Below, in pieces: positions 19,834 to 28,995 of a DNA stretch of 58,135 nt (position 1 is its first letter; every line of letters begins with the position of its first letter). The stretch comes from an uncultured Bacilli bacterium (lineage in GTDB: Bacteria > Bacillota_I > Bacilli_A > RF39 > UBA660). The notes below the pieces were generated by a model, which worked only from the letters and a program-made list of their open reading frames with translations, was not told where the DNA came from and did not search any database. The position numbers were made by a program, and so were the translations under genes. The stretch is from NCBI GenBank assembly GCA_944332635.1, contig CALVKI010000007.1, positions 1 through 58,135 of the forward strand, given 5' to 3'.

Positions 19834-21036
19834 ATGAAAAAGTTCAAATTTTTCATATTTATTTTTATCTTTAGTATCTTATATTTTTTTCCATATAATA
19901 CAAAAGCTTTGAGTAATAAAGTGGTTAGTTGTGATTATCAATTTATAAATAGTAGTGGGAAGAAAGTGCAATTAGAATATGAAATTTATTCTGATGGAAC
20001 TGTGAAGACACCTTTTAAAGATGGTACCTTATATGATAAAAATGGTATTTCTTGGTATCATAGTGATCGTTTTGAATCTATTTATTATAGTGCTGCAAAA
20101 ATTAATAGTTCTACTGTTACTTGTCCTTCTATTTATATTCAAGAAAATGATTTAAATGTTACGGTTTATCCATATCCGCTTAATAGTAAAACTTGTAGTG
20201 GACATTGCTATAATATTACTTCTGGTGCTTTAAAATTATCTAGTTGGGCTAAAGATATTGGCGTTAAGAGTAAAAGGGTGTTGTCTACTTGTACAGGTTC
20301 TAGTATGGGTTTTTATAATCGTAAAAGCTACATTCTTCCATATTTTAGACTTTATTCTGATGGGACAAAAGAATGGAGTGTAGATGGTGAAACTTATGTT
20401 TCAATTACTCAGGCTATTACCGGTACAGTTGGAGGAGAAGATTTTTCCATTACTGTTAATGATTCTTTAATTAATTCTATTTTTTCTTCTTCACAGGTAA
20501 TTTGTCCTGAACAGATTTATCGTTGTGTTACAAAAGAGCAGAAAGGTTATTCTTACGAGTTATCCGCTGGTGTTAGCTATTGTACTAAAGATGATTTAGG
20601 AAGTAGTGATGGTCAGGGTTTTGGTTCTGGCTATTTTAGTGGGGCTTTTGGTGACCCTAATGGTGATAATAGCGATAGCGATTCCGATGATTCTGATGTT
20701 TTAACAGATTTAAAGGAAGATTTAAATTCTTATAATCAGAATCCAGATTGTAACTCTCTTTTAGGAAGTACAGCTGATGAAGATTCTGTTGCTTGGTTAT
20801 TGCAGCAACTTTTAAATTATATTAAAATTTTAGGCCCAATTTTGGTTGTTATTTTAAGTAGTTTGGATTTTGCAAAAGCGATTATTGCGAGTGATGATGA
20901 GAATATGAAAAAAGTAGAACGAAAATTAATGATTCGTTTGGTTTTAGCAATTGCACTATTTTTAATACCAGTATTGGTGAGTGTATTACTTAATATTTTT
21001 GGTATTACAACGGATCAGATTTGTGGATTGAAATAA
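19834..21036 (+). CDS. Secreted Cys-rich repeat protein with C-terminal VirB2-like pilin domain
   Basis: Signal peptide (…NTKA); two YSDGT…CP.IY repeats; acidic linker; C-terminus PILVVILSSLDFAKAIIASDDENMKK…RL aligns with the preceding pilin. Confidence 0.75.
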   Translation: MKKFKFFIFIFIFSILYFFPYNTKALSNKVVSCDYQFINSSGKKVQLEYEIYSDGTVKTPFKDGTLYDKNGISWYHSDRFESIYYSAAKINSSTVTCPSIYIQENDLNVTVYPYPLNSKTCSGHCYNITSGALKLSSWAKDIGVKSKRVLSTCTGSSMGFYNRKSYILPYFRLYSDGTKEWSVDGETYVSITQAITGTVGGEDFSITVNDSLINSIFSSSQVICPEQIYRCVTKEQKGYSYELSAGVSYCTKDDLGSSDGQGFGSGYFSGAFGDPNGDNSDSDSDDSDVLTDLKEDLNSYNQNPDCNSLLGSTADEDSVAWLLQQLLNYIKILGPILVVILSSLDFAKAIIASDDENMKKVERKLMIRLVLAIALFLIPVLVSVLLNIFGITTDQICGLK

Positions 21037-21051
21037 TGGTAGGTGATATTA

Positions 21052-23133
21052 ATGACAGATACTGGTACAGCTGATGTTTTTGGTAACTTAGGTAGAAGTT
21101 TAGGACAAATTTTTAATGTTTGTGTTTATTCTCTTTTGGGATTGGTATATCAAATATTTTTTAATGTTGCTAGTGCACAATTATTTGAGAATGAAACTAT
21201 TAAAAACTTTTATGGACGCGTTCAATTAATTATTGGTGTGTTTATGGTTTTTAAGCTTGCTGTTTCAATTTTACAAGGAATTATGGATCCAGATAAATTT
21301 ATGAATCCTAAGGAGGGGTTTGGAAATTTTATTACTAGAGTCGTTATTTCTCTTTCTTTACTTACTGTATTAGTTCCTATTAATATTCCAAATGTGGAAC
21401 AGGCTAATTCTTTTGAAAAATATCTTAATAATAATGGACTTTTATTTGGAACTTTGTATTCTTTACAAGATAGAATTTTATCTAACAATACTTTGGGTAG
21501 ATTAATACTTGGTACGACGGATAATGCAATAGATAACACTAATACTGATACTTCGGGAATGACAGAGGCGGAAATTCAAACTGAAAAGTTACAGAGTTCA
21601 TCTAGAATTTTTACCTCGACAATTTTAAAGGGTTTTTTAAGAATTAATTTACTTCCTGAGGGAGTTCGTAAATCTGATGATGAAAATGATCAGGAGAATT
21701 GGATGTGTGGTAAGCATATTGGAAACGATGAAAAAGATATTATCAATGCTTATAGATTATTGGATGTTTCTCCAGAAATATTGCTTGATGATTCTATTGT
21801 AAAAGCAAAATGTGATTTAAATGAATCTTTTGGTGGTTGGATTGGAAACGTCTTTAATATAGGAGGAGATGCTAAATACTTATTTGCATTTAATTGGTGG
21901 CCAATTTCTATGGTGGTTGGTATATTATTTTTGGTTATTTTAATTGGTTTTACTGTTGATATTGCAATAAGATCTATTAAATTAGCTATTTTGAGACTTA
22001 TTGCACCAATTCCAGTCATTAGTTATATTGAGCCTAAGTCTTCAAAAGATGGTGGGATGTTTTCTTCTTGGCTAAAGGCATTAACATCTACTTATTTAGA
22101 TTTATTTTTGAGACTAGCTATTGTATATTTTGTTATTTTCTTAATTCAAGATATGATTGTTAATGGAATTGTTATTAATGAGGCAACTGGCTTAGTTGGT
22201 ATGTTTTCAATTATCTTTATTTGGATTGGTTTATTCTTTTTTGCAAAGATGGCACCTAAGTTTATTAAGGATGCACTTGGATTGAAGGGTACTATGTCTA
22301 ACGTTGGCCTTAGTGGTATTCTTGGTGGTGCAGGTGCCTTGTTTGGTGGAGGTGGTCTTGCTGGTGCTGGTGCTGGAATGTTATCTAGTATGAATAATGC
22401 GGCAGAGGCGGCTGCTCAAGGAAAGCAAGCACCTCCTGCTTGGCAAAGTGGTGCTAATTTAGCCGCACAAATTAAGACAGGTGATCCTAAAGCAAAAGGT
22501 GGACTTATGAATTCTATTAATGATAGATTAATGCGAGAGGCTGGAATTAATCGTGCAAGAAAACTTTATGGTGTTACTGCTAATGGTTTAGCAAAAGCTA
22601 AAGATAATATGTTTGGAGCACAAGGTGAAGCAGCAAGATTACAAGATTTTTACGATCGCTTAACCCAAGGAAATTTAACACCAGAAGAAATGAATAGAGT
22701 TGCTATGGAAGGTGGAATAACTACTGATGCCCATGGAAATCAAGTTGTCTCTGATGCTTATCGTAAAAGGGCATACAAAAAACTGTCAGATGCTCAAACT
22801 TATGCTGCTAAAGCTAAAACTCATTATGAAGATGCTAAGAAATTTGCAGATTCACATCGTATTACTCCATCTTTTGAAGAAGAACATCGTTGGAGTATAA
22901 AAGAGCGTATGGGATTAGGTAAACAACCAAGATATCGTGCAGATTATCGTGCTGAAAGTGGACGGACTAATGCTCATCAAACAATGGGTGATCGTATATT
23001 TGGTTCTCCAGAGAAGTGGGATGTTGATGGTAGTTCTAGAAATGATAATAGATGGTCATCTGGTAAGTTTGGTGCTGATTTAAATGATGTTCATGATAAT
23101 AGTGATACGACAAATAATACGCCTAGTGCTTGA
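21052..23133 (+). CDS. virB6: VirB6/TrbL-like T4SS channel protein with long C-terminal extension
   Basis: Polytopic; IRSIKLAILRLIAPIPVISY…WLKALTSTYL motif; Gly/Ala-rich region followed by a hydrophilic tail. Confidence 0.75.
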   Translation: MTDTGTADVFGNLGRSLGQIFNVCVYSLLGLVYQIFFNVASAQLFENETIKNFYGRVQLIIGVFMVFKLAVSILQGIMDPDKFMNPKEGFGNFITRVVISLSLLTVLVPINIPNVEQANSFEKYLNNNGLLFGTLYSLQDRILSNNTLGRLILGTTDNAIDNTNTDTSGMTEAEIQTEKLQSSSRIFTSTILKGFLRINLLPEGVRKSDDENDQENWMCGKHIGNDEKDIINAYRLLDVSPEILLDDSIVKAKCDLNESFGGWIGNVFNIGGDAKYLFAFNWWPISMVVGILFLVILIGFTVDIAIRSIKLAILRLIAPIPVISYIEPKSSKDGGMFSSWLKALTSTYLDLFLRLAIVYFVIFLIQDMIVNGIVINEATGLVGMFSIIFIWIGLFFFAKMAPKFIKDALGLKGTMSNVGLSGILGGAGALFGGGGLAGAGAGMLSSMNNAAEAAAQGKQAPPAWQSGANLAAQIKTGDPKAKGGLMNSINDRLMREAGINRARKLYGVTANGLAKAKDNMFGAQGEAARLQDFYDRLTQGNLTPEEMNRVAMEGGITTDAHGNQVVSDAYRKRAYKKLSDAQTYAAKAKTHYEDAKKFADSHRITPSFEEEHRWSIKERMGLGKQPRYRADYRAESGRTNAHQTMGDRIFGSPEKWDVDGSSRNDNRWSSGKFGADLNDVHDNSDTTNNTPSA

Positions 23134-23165
23134 TAGAGTTTAAATATAATGGAGTGTGATATATA

Positions 23166-23483
23166 GTGAATTATTTAATACCTGCTAATACGAAGAAGGG
23201 TCAATTAATCTTAGGATTATTTAGACCTTTCGATTTAATTTTATTTTTATCTGGGGTGATGGTTACTATTATTTTGTTGGCGTTTTTGCCACTTACTAAT
23301 ACTTGGCTTACTATTTTAATTATTAGTCCTGCTGTTATTTGTGGATTTCTTGTAATGCCAGTACCTTATTATCATAATATTTTAAATATTATTGTAGAAA
23401 TGTATCAGTTTTTTTCAGAACCTCAAGCATATCATTGGAAAGGTTGGTGTTTTATGGATGAAAAAGAAAATAGTAGGAAGTAA
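23166..23483 (+). CDS. VirB3/PrgI-like small 2-TM protein
   Basis: YLIPAN..KGQLILGLFRPFD plus two TMs; upstream of VirB4. Confidence 0.65.
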   Translation: MNYLIPANTKKGQLILGLFRPFDLILFLSGVMVTIILLAFLPLTNTWLTILIISPAVICGFLVMPVPYYHNILNIIVEMYQFFSEPQAYHWKGWCFMDEKENSRK

Positions 23484-24009
23484 TTTTACGGAGAATTGGT
23501 TACCTGTTAAAGCTATTCAAAATGGGATGATTATTACATATGATAATTTGAAAGTTTCTGGGGTTAAGATTTCTCCACGCAATATTTTTATTTTAGATCC
23601 ACAAGCTCAGGATAATGTGTTGATTAGTTTAAAAAATTTTTATAATATGATAGATTTTGAGTTTTGGTTAGTAGTTGCTGATAGGCCTGTAGATATTTCT
23701 GTTTATATGTCTCAATTACAACTTTTATATAACGAAACTCAGTCTCCGGCTATACGTAAGTTGATTATGCAAGATATTGAAAAGGGTAATTCTTTTATTA
23801 ATAACAATATTGTTGATACTGAATATTATTTCTTATTTAAAGAAAAAGATTCTGATGTTGTGCAAAAACGAGTTCGTATGTTAATTCAAGGTCTTGCTAG
23901 TTGTGGTCTTAATGCTTCACAAACAACGAATGATGATTTAAGAGTTATTTTAGATAATTTTTTAAATGGTGGAAAAACTACTGAATTTGGGACGGTGATG
24001 CCTATATGA
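23458..24009 (+). CDS. VirB4-associated conjugation protein (TrsD/TraC-N-like)
   Basis: LPVKAIQNGMI…VKISPRNIFIL motif typical of the small gene between prgI and virB4; overlaps both neighbours. Confidence 0.55.
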   Translation: MKKKIVGSNFTENWLPVKAIQNGMIITYDNLKVSGVKISPRNIFILDPQAQDNVLISLKNFYNMIDFEFWLVVADRPVDISVYMSQLQLLYNETQSPAIRKLIMQDIEKGNSFINNNIVDTEYYFLFKEKDSDVVQKRVRMLIQGLASCGLNASQTTNDDLRVILDNFLNGGKTTEFGTVMPI

Positions 24010-25799
24010 GTACTAGTATAAGAAGCCAATTGGCTCCTAAGGGACTTAGTTTTCATCCTAGTGATTTCTTTATTAGTGATAAGTATGCAACTATTCTTAC
24101 AGTAGTATCTTATCCTAAATATATTACACCTGGATATTTATCATCTTTAACTAATATGCCAGGAATAAAGGTTGTTGTTAAACACATTCCTGTTCCTTTT
24201 CAAGTTATGTCTAAAATGTTAAATAGGCAAGTTGCGGAGTTGAAAGAAAGGTATCAACGTGAAAAAGATCAAACAATGCGTGAAAGATATCGTCAGGATG
24301 CTGAAAGCTTGGAATATTTTACATCTATGCTTGCAGGTAGTCAGGCACGTATTTTTGATTTTCAAATGCATATTATGATTACTGCTGATACAAAAGAATC
24401 GTTAGAGTTAAAGAAAGTAAATGTAAAAAATTATTTAGATGCAATGGAATTAAAGGGGATTTCTTTACGTTTTGAACAAGAGAAAGTTTTAAAAAGTATT
24501 TTACCTATTTTTCCTTCTCAAGATGTAGAACAGAGAATTGGTACACCGATACCTTCTGTAACTATTGCGGCTATGTATCCTTTTATTTTTGATAGTATTA
24601 AAGATCCTGGATTGGCTACTTTATTGGGTGTTGATTTCTCTGGTGGAGTTATTTTATTTAATCAATTTTTATACAAAATTCGTAAAGAGAATAATCGTAA
24701 TAATGCTAATATGATTATTTTGGGTACTTCCGGGTCAGGAAAATCTACTGCAGCAAAGGTTATGCTTCGTACTCATATTCGTAATGGTTGTCAAATTGTT
24801 GCTATTGATCCAGAAGATGAATTACGGGAAATTACTCAAACTTATGGTGGTGACACTATTGATATTGGAAAAGGTGGAGAATTTGGCTTAATCAATCCTT
24901 TAGAAGTTATCATTGATGCTGATGAAGAAGAGATTAAACAAGGACTAGGTTATACGGTCTTGACTCGTACATTACAATTTTTAAAAGCGTTTTTAAAATA
25001 TTACGCTCCATCTATCGAAGATGATGTTTTGGGTATGTTTAGTGATGTTGTTCAAGATACTTATAAGAGGTTTGGTATTGATTTTAATACTGATTTTTCA
25101 CAATTTACTTCAAATGATTATCCAACATTTTCTGATGTTTATGCTACTATTAAAGGGCGTTTAATGTCTATGACAGAGCAAACACGAGAAAGAGATGTTA
25201 TGGAACGGTTGGAATTACGAATTCGCCCACTTACGAAAGAATTAAGATTTTATTTTGATGGTCATACAACCATTAGTCGAGATAGTGACTTTATGGTATT
25301 TAATATTAAAGAATTGATGAATACAGATTCTAATATTCGTGATGCATTATTCTTTAATGTTTTGAAGTATGCATGGGGTCTTTGTTTAGACTTTAATGTG
25401 GATACCGTTTTAATGGTTGATGAAGCACATGTATTGTTAGGTGCAAATAATGAGCTTGGTGCAGAGTTTTTGGCACAAGTTCAAAGACGTGCTAGAAAAT
25501 ATAATACGGGAACAATTATTATTACACAGCAACCTAGTGATTTTGTTGCCAGTGAGAAAGTTTTGATGCATGGTAAAGCGATTTTTGATAACGCTTCTTA
25601 CTATTTAGTTATGGGATTAAAGAAACAGGCGGTAGAAGATTTAAGTTTGTTAATTGATTTAAATGATAGTGAGAAAGAAAGTATTAAGAGGTATTCTCAA
25701 GGAGAGGCATTATTTGTTTGTGGTAATAGGCGTATGCGTATTAATATTGCTGTTACCAAAGAAGAATTAGATTCGTTTGGTTCTGGTGGAGGTTTTTAG
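24006..25799 (+). CDS. virB4: VirB4-family T4SS ATPase
   Basis: NANMIILGTSGSGKS, IDPEDE, INPLE, MVDEAH, RARKY, ITQQPSDF. Confidence 0.92.
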   Translation: MSTSIRSQLAPKGLSFHPSDFFISDKYATILTVVSYPKYITPGYLSSLTNMPGIKVVVKHIPVPFQVMSKMLNRQVAELKERYQREKDQTMRERYRQDAESLEYFTSMLAGSQARIFDFQMHIMITADTKESLELKKVNVKNYLDAMELKGISLRFEQEKVLKSILPIFPSQDVEQRIGTPIPSVTIAAMYPFIFDSIKDPGLATLLGVDFSGGVILFNQFLYKIRKENNRNNANMIILGTSGSGKSTAAKVMLRTHIRNGCQIVAIDPEDELREITQTYGGDTIDIGKGGEFGLINPLEVIIDADEEEIKQGLGYTVLTRTLQFLKAFLKYYAPSIEDDVLGMFSDVVQDTYKRFGIDFNTDFSQFTSNDYPTFSDVYATIKGRLMSMTEQTRERDVMERLELRIRPLTKELRFYFDGHTTISRDSDFMVFNIKELMNTDSNIRDALFFNVLKYAWGLCLDFNVDTVLMVDEAHVLLGANNELGAEFLAQVQRRARKYNTGTIIITQQPSDFVASEKVLMHGKAIFDNASYYLVMGLKKQAVEDLSLLIDLNDSEKESIKRYSQGEALFVCGNRRMRINIAVTKEELDSFGSGGGF

Positions 25800-25823
25800 A
25801 AGTTTAGAAGGTGGTGATGTTTA

Positions 25824-28148
25824 GTGCCGGCAATGAAAAATGATGATATACACGAAAATAATGTAGTACAAAGTGATTCTCAGGGGCAAGTAACTGGTGC
25901 TGAACAACCTCAAAGTTTGGGAGATTCTAGAGCTTCCAAAAAGGAACATGAAAAGCAATCTGCTCAAGAAGGAGTTCAAAAGGCTGGTAAAGCAACGGGG
26001 GCTGCTATTGGTGCTTATTTGGGTGGAAGTGCAGGTGCTAAAGTAGGAGCAAAAGTAGGGGATGCTATTGGTAAATCTAAAGTAGGTCAACAACTTGGAA
26101 AAAATTTAGCTAAAAATCCTATTACACGAAAAGCTTTGTCTAAGGTTAATGATAGTGGTGCAATTGATGCAGCCAATAAAGTAACTGATATAGCAACTTC
26201 TGATCCAAAAGGTGCTATGGGAACTAGTACTCCTGGTGCTTCTGCTTCTAGTGGAGAAAGTTCGAGTGGAGATAGTGTTTTAGATAAAAAAGCAAAATCT
26301 AAACCCAATTTTTTAGGTGATGATGAGAGTAATTCAAATGAAGAAAAGTCTACATCAATTGATGGTATGTTTTCTGGAAGTATGAAGAAAAAATTAGCAT
26401 TGAGTGCTATATTATTTGGTGGAGGATTTTTTATTATCATATTTTTCGTTGTTATTGCTCAAGGAAGTGGAATTGTTACTAGTTATGATGATGCATTTGG
26501 TGTTAGCGATGCTACTGGAGGAATGACAGGTGGTGTGGATTATGAAACAGCAGATCCAGAAGCTCGTGCTTTCTTTGATCGAGTTAGGGATGTCAAAAAT
26601 TCTTTTCAATCGCAAGGAAAGACTTTTGATGCGGTTTATATTTCTGCTATTTATAGTGTTTTAAATCAGCGTGGTGCTAAATTATCTTATAATGATATGA
26701 CTACACAAGTTATTACTGAATTTGCTAATGCTATGTTTTCTGGAAATAGTTTTAGCAAAGAAGTATTTAAACAAAATTTGATTAATGTTATTTTTCCTAA
26801 GTATTTACCTAATAAAAGTCAGCAAACATATGAAAATATGGCAGATGAGGTTTTTGATTATTATGACAATTATTTCAGTTTAATTGGTGCAACAGCTTCT
26901 AATTGTGCTAGTTTAGGTTCTTGCATTTATGAAATTAAAGGTTTTTATATTGAAGGTCGTGGAAATGTTGCTAAGTCTTTGTCTATTACTGATTTGAAGG
27001 TTCGTTTGATGCAATGTTCTGGTCAGTTTGGTGGCGGTACTTGGGGTGAACCACTTGAAGGAGAAGAGCTAGTTCCGTTTGAACAGTATGTGTTGGGTGT
27101 GGCTTATCAAGAAATTGGTCCTTCCGCTCCAGATGAAGCAATTAAAGCTCAAATGGTTGCTGCAAGGAGTTTTGCTTTGGCAAGACCTACAGCAATGGGA
27201 AATGCTCTTGGAAAAAAATTAGAACAAGAATCTAATGGTCAATGGATTTTACAAATGTCTGCTTGTGTTGCTGATCAAGTATATTGTAATCCTAATTTAG
27301 GATGTTCGGCTATGAATGATGGAGATCAGTATGGTACTGTACGTAGTGGAACTGGTTATGCAGTCAGATTAAAAGATCCATTGCCTTCTGATCATAAAAT
27401 GAGAACTCTTGCTAATGAAACTATGGGGGAAGTTTTAGTTAATGATCAGGGATATATTATTTCTACAGGATATCTTGCTACTGAACAAAATAAGTTTATG
27501 GATCTTGCTAATCAAGGTCTTAATTATAAGCAAATATTATTGCAAGTTTATAATTCGGGAAGTAGAAATTATGGGGCAACGGATATTGATAAAATGAGTT
27601 GTAATACTGGTTCTGGTAGTGGTTGTAATAGTACTGGAAGTACAGGTCCATATGCAGGATGGAAACAGGCAGATCCTGCATGGGCTAATATTACTATAGG
27701 TAATACAAGTTCTACTATTGGCGGAGTTGGTTGTCTAGTTACTTCTATTTCTATGTTAATTGCTAAAAGTGGAGTAGCAGTTAATGTTGATGGTGATTTT
27801 AATCCAGGTACTTTTGTTCAAAAATTAAATCAGGTTGGAGGATTCCAAGGAGCTAATTTTGTTTGGGGTTCTGTAAGTAATGTTGCACCAAATTTTCAGT
27901 TTGTAAGTAAAGCTTATGTTTCAGGACAATCTCAACAGCAAAAATTATCTACACTTCAAGGTTTACTTGATCAAGGTTATTACGTAGTTGCTGAAGTAAA
28001 AGGTAATACTGGTCAACACTGGGTAGCTATTGATGGTATTAATGGAAGTACAATATTGATGATGGATCCAGCTAGTCAATCTACTAGTATGTGGCAACAG
28101 TATGATTGGGTTAATACTAGTCAATATGCATATTTCAAAGTGGTATAG
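25824..28148 (+). CDS. T4SS-associated wall hydrolase (VirB1 position): TM + SpoIID/LytB domain + C39-like peptidase
   Basis: EQYVLGVAYQEIG…EAIKAQMVAARSFA…DQVY; WKQADPAW…GCLVTSISM…HWVAI…MDP. Confidence 0.8.
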   Translation: MPAMKNDDIHENNVVQSDSQGQVTGAEQPQSLGDSRASKKEHEKQSAQEGVQKAGKATGAAIGAYLGGSAGAKVGAKVGDAIGKSKVGQQLGKNLAKNPITRKALSKVNDSGAIDAANKVTDIATSDPKGAMGTSTPGASASSGESSSGDSVLDKKAKSKPNFLGDDESNSNEEKSTSIDGMFSGSMKKKLALSAILFGGGFFIIIFFVVIAQGSGIVTSYDDAFGVSDATGGMTGGVDYETADPEARAFFDRVRDVKNSFQSQGKTFDAVYISAIYSVLNQRGAKLSYNDMTTQVITEFANAMFSGNSFSKEVFKQNLINVIFPKYLPNKSQQTYENMADEVFDYYDNYFSLIGATASNCASLGSCIYEIKGFYIEGRGNVAKSLSITDLKVRLMQCSGQFGGGTWGEPLEGEELVPFEQYVLGVAYQEIGPSAPDEAIKAQMVAARSFALARPTAMGNALGKKLEQESNGQWILQMSACVADQVYCNPNLGCSAMNDGDQYGTVRSGTGYAVRLKDPLPSDHKMRTLANETMGEVLVNDQGYIISTGYLATEQNKFMDLANQGLNYKQILLQVYNSGSRNYGATDIDKMSCNTGSGSGCNSTGSTGPYAGWKQADPAWANITIGNTSSTIGGVGCLVTSISMLIAKSGVAVNVDGDFNPGTFVQKLNQVGGFQGANFVWGSVSNVAPNFQFVSKAYVSGQSQQQKLSTLQGLLDQGYYVVAEVKGNTGQHWVAIDGINGSTILMMDPASQSTSMWQQYDWVNTSQYAYFKVV

Positions 28149-28157
28149 GAGAAAATT

Positions 28158-28940
28158 ATGAAAAAGGGAAAATTAAAATATATTATTATTATTGTTATTG
28201 TGCTTATTTATGGTAGTATAATGTATTTGGTTTTTGGTGTTAGTGAAACTAGAAAAAGAAAAACAACTACTACGTTGTTAGTAGGTACTTCTGCTGTTTG
28301 GAATTATTCATCACAGTCTTGGATGAATATTACAAAACCATCTTTACTCTCTAATTTAAATTGGCAAAAATTTAAAATATATGTGGATAATCAATATTTT
28401 GGTAAGTATTTAGTTTGGAAAGACGATCAATGGTATTTATTTGATAATAATAAAAATGCTGTTTCTTATCAAGGAAATTTATTTGCTTATAAAGCTGATT
28501 TTGATATGGATATTGTAAATTTTTCTACTACTGACATTAAAGATTATAGTTATGTTAATAAAGTTTTAGTAGAACATGATCTTGATATTAATTCTGATTT
28601 TACATTGGCTCATGTTTCAAATGTAGATTTTGATAAAGATGGTGTTATGGAGCAATTTTATGTTGTTAGTAATGTTTTTGCTATTGATTTTTTCCCTGAT
28701 AAATATTTTTCTTTTGTATTTATGGTAGATGATAATCAAATTTATATGTTATATGAAGATGTAGATATTAATGAAGGGGTTAATGGATGTAAGCCTAATT
28801 TATATACAGTTGCAGATGTTGATAATGATCAAAATTATGAATTAATTTTAACTTGTGCAAAATATAGTAATCAAACTCCACTTACTATGCTATATGAGTT
28901 TGATGATAATATGTTTAAAATTAAAATTTCTAATCAATAA
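28158..28940 (+). CDS. Bitopic membrane protein with two DxDxDG-like Ca-binding (FG-GAP/VCBS-like) motifs
   Basis: N-terminal TM; VDFDKDGVMEQ and ADVDNDQNYEL. Confidence 0.6.
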   Translation: MKKGKLKYIIIIVIVLIYGSIMYLVFGVSETRKRKTTTTLLVGTSAVWNYSSQSWMNITKPSLLSNLNWQKFKIYVDNQYFGKYLVWKDDQWYLFDNNKNAVSYQGNLFAYKADFDMDIVNFSTTDIKDYSYVNKVLVEHDLDINSDFTLAHVSNVDFDKDGVMEQFYVVSNVFAIDFFPDKYFSFVFMVDDNQIYMLYEDVDINEGVNGCKPNLYTVADVDNDQNYELILTCAKYSNQTPLTMLYEFDDNMFKIKISNQ

Positions 28941-28995
28941 ATAATGACGATATGAAGTTTTGATGTTATAATATTTGGCGAAAGGGAGTAATTGA

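Noticed and set aside
25824-28148. Calling this gene sporulation spoIID or a bacteriocin ABC-transporter peptidase
   Set aside because: The architecture (long N-terminus, TM, SpoIID + C39-like, no ABC domain) and the position after virB4 indicate a T4SS hydrolase
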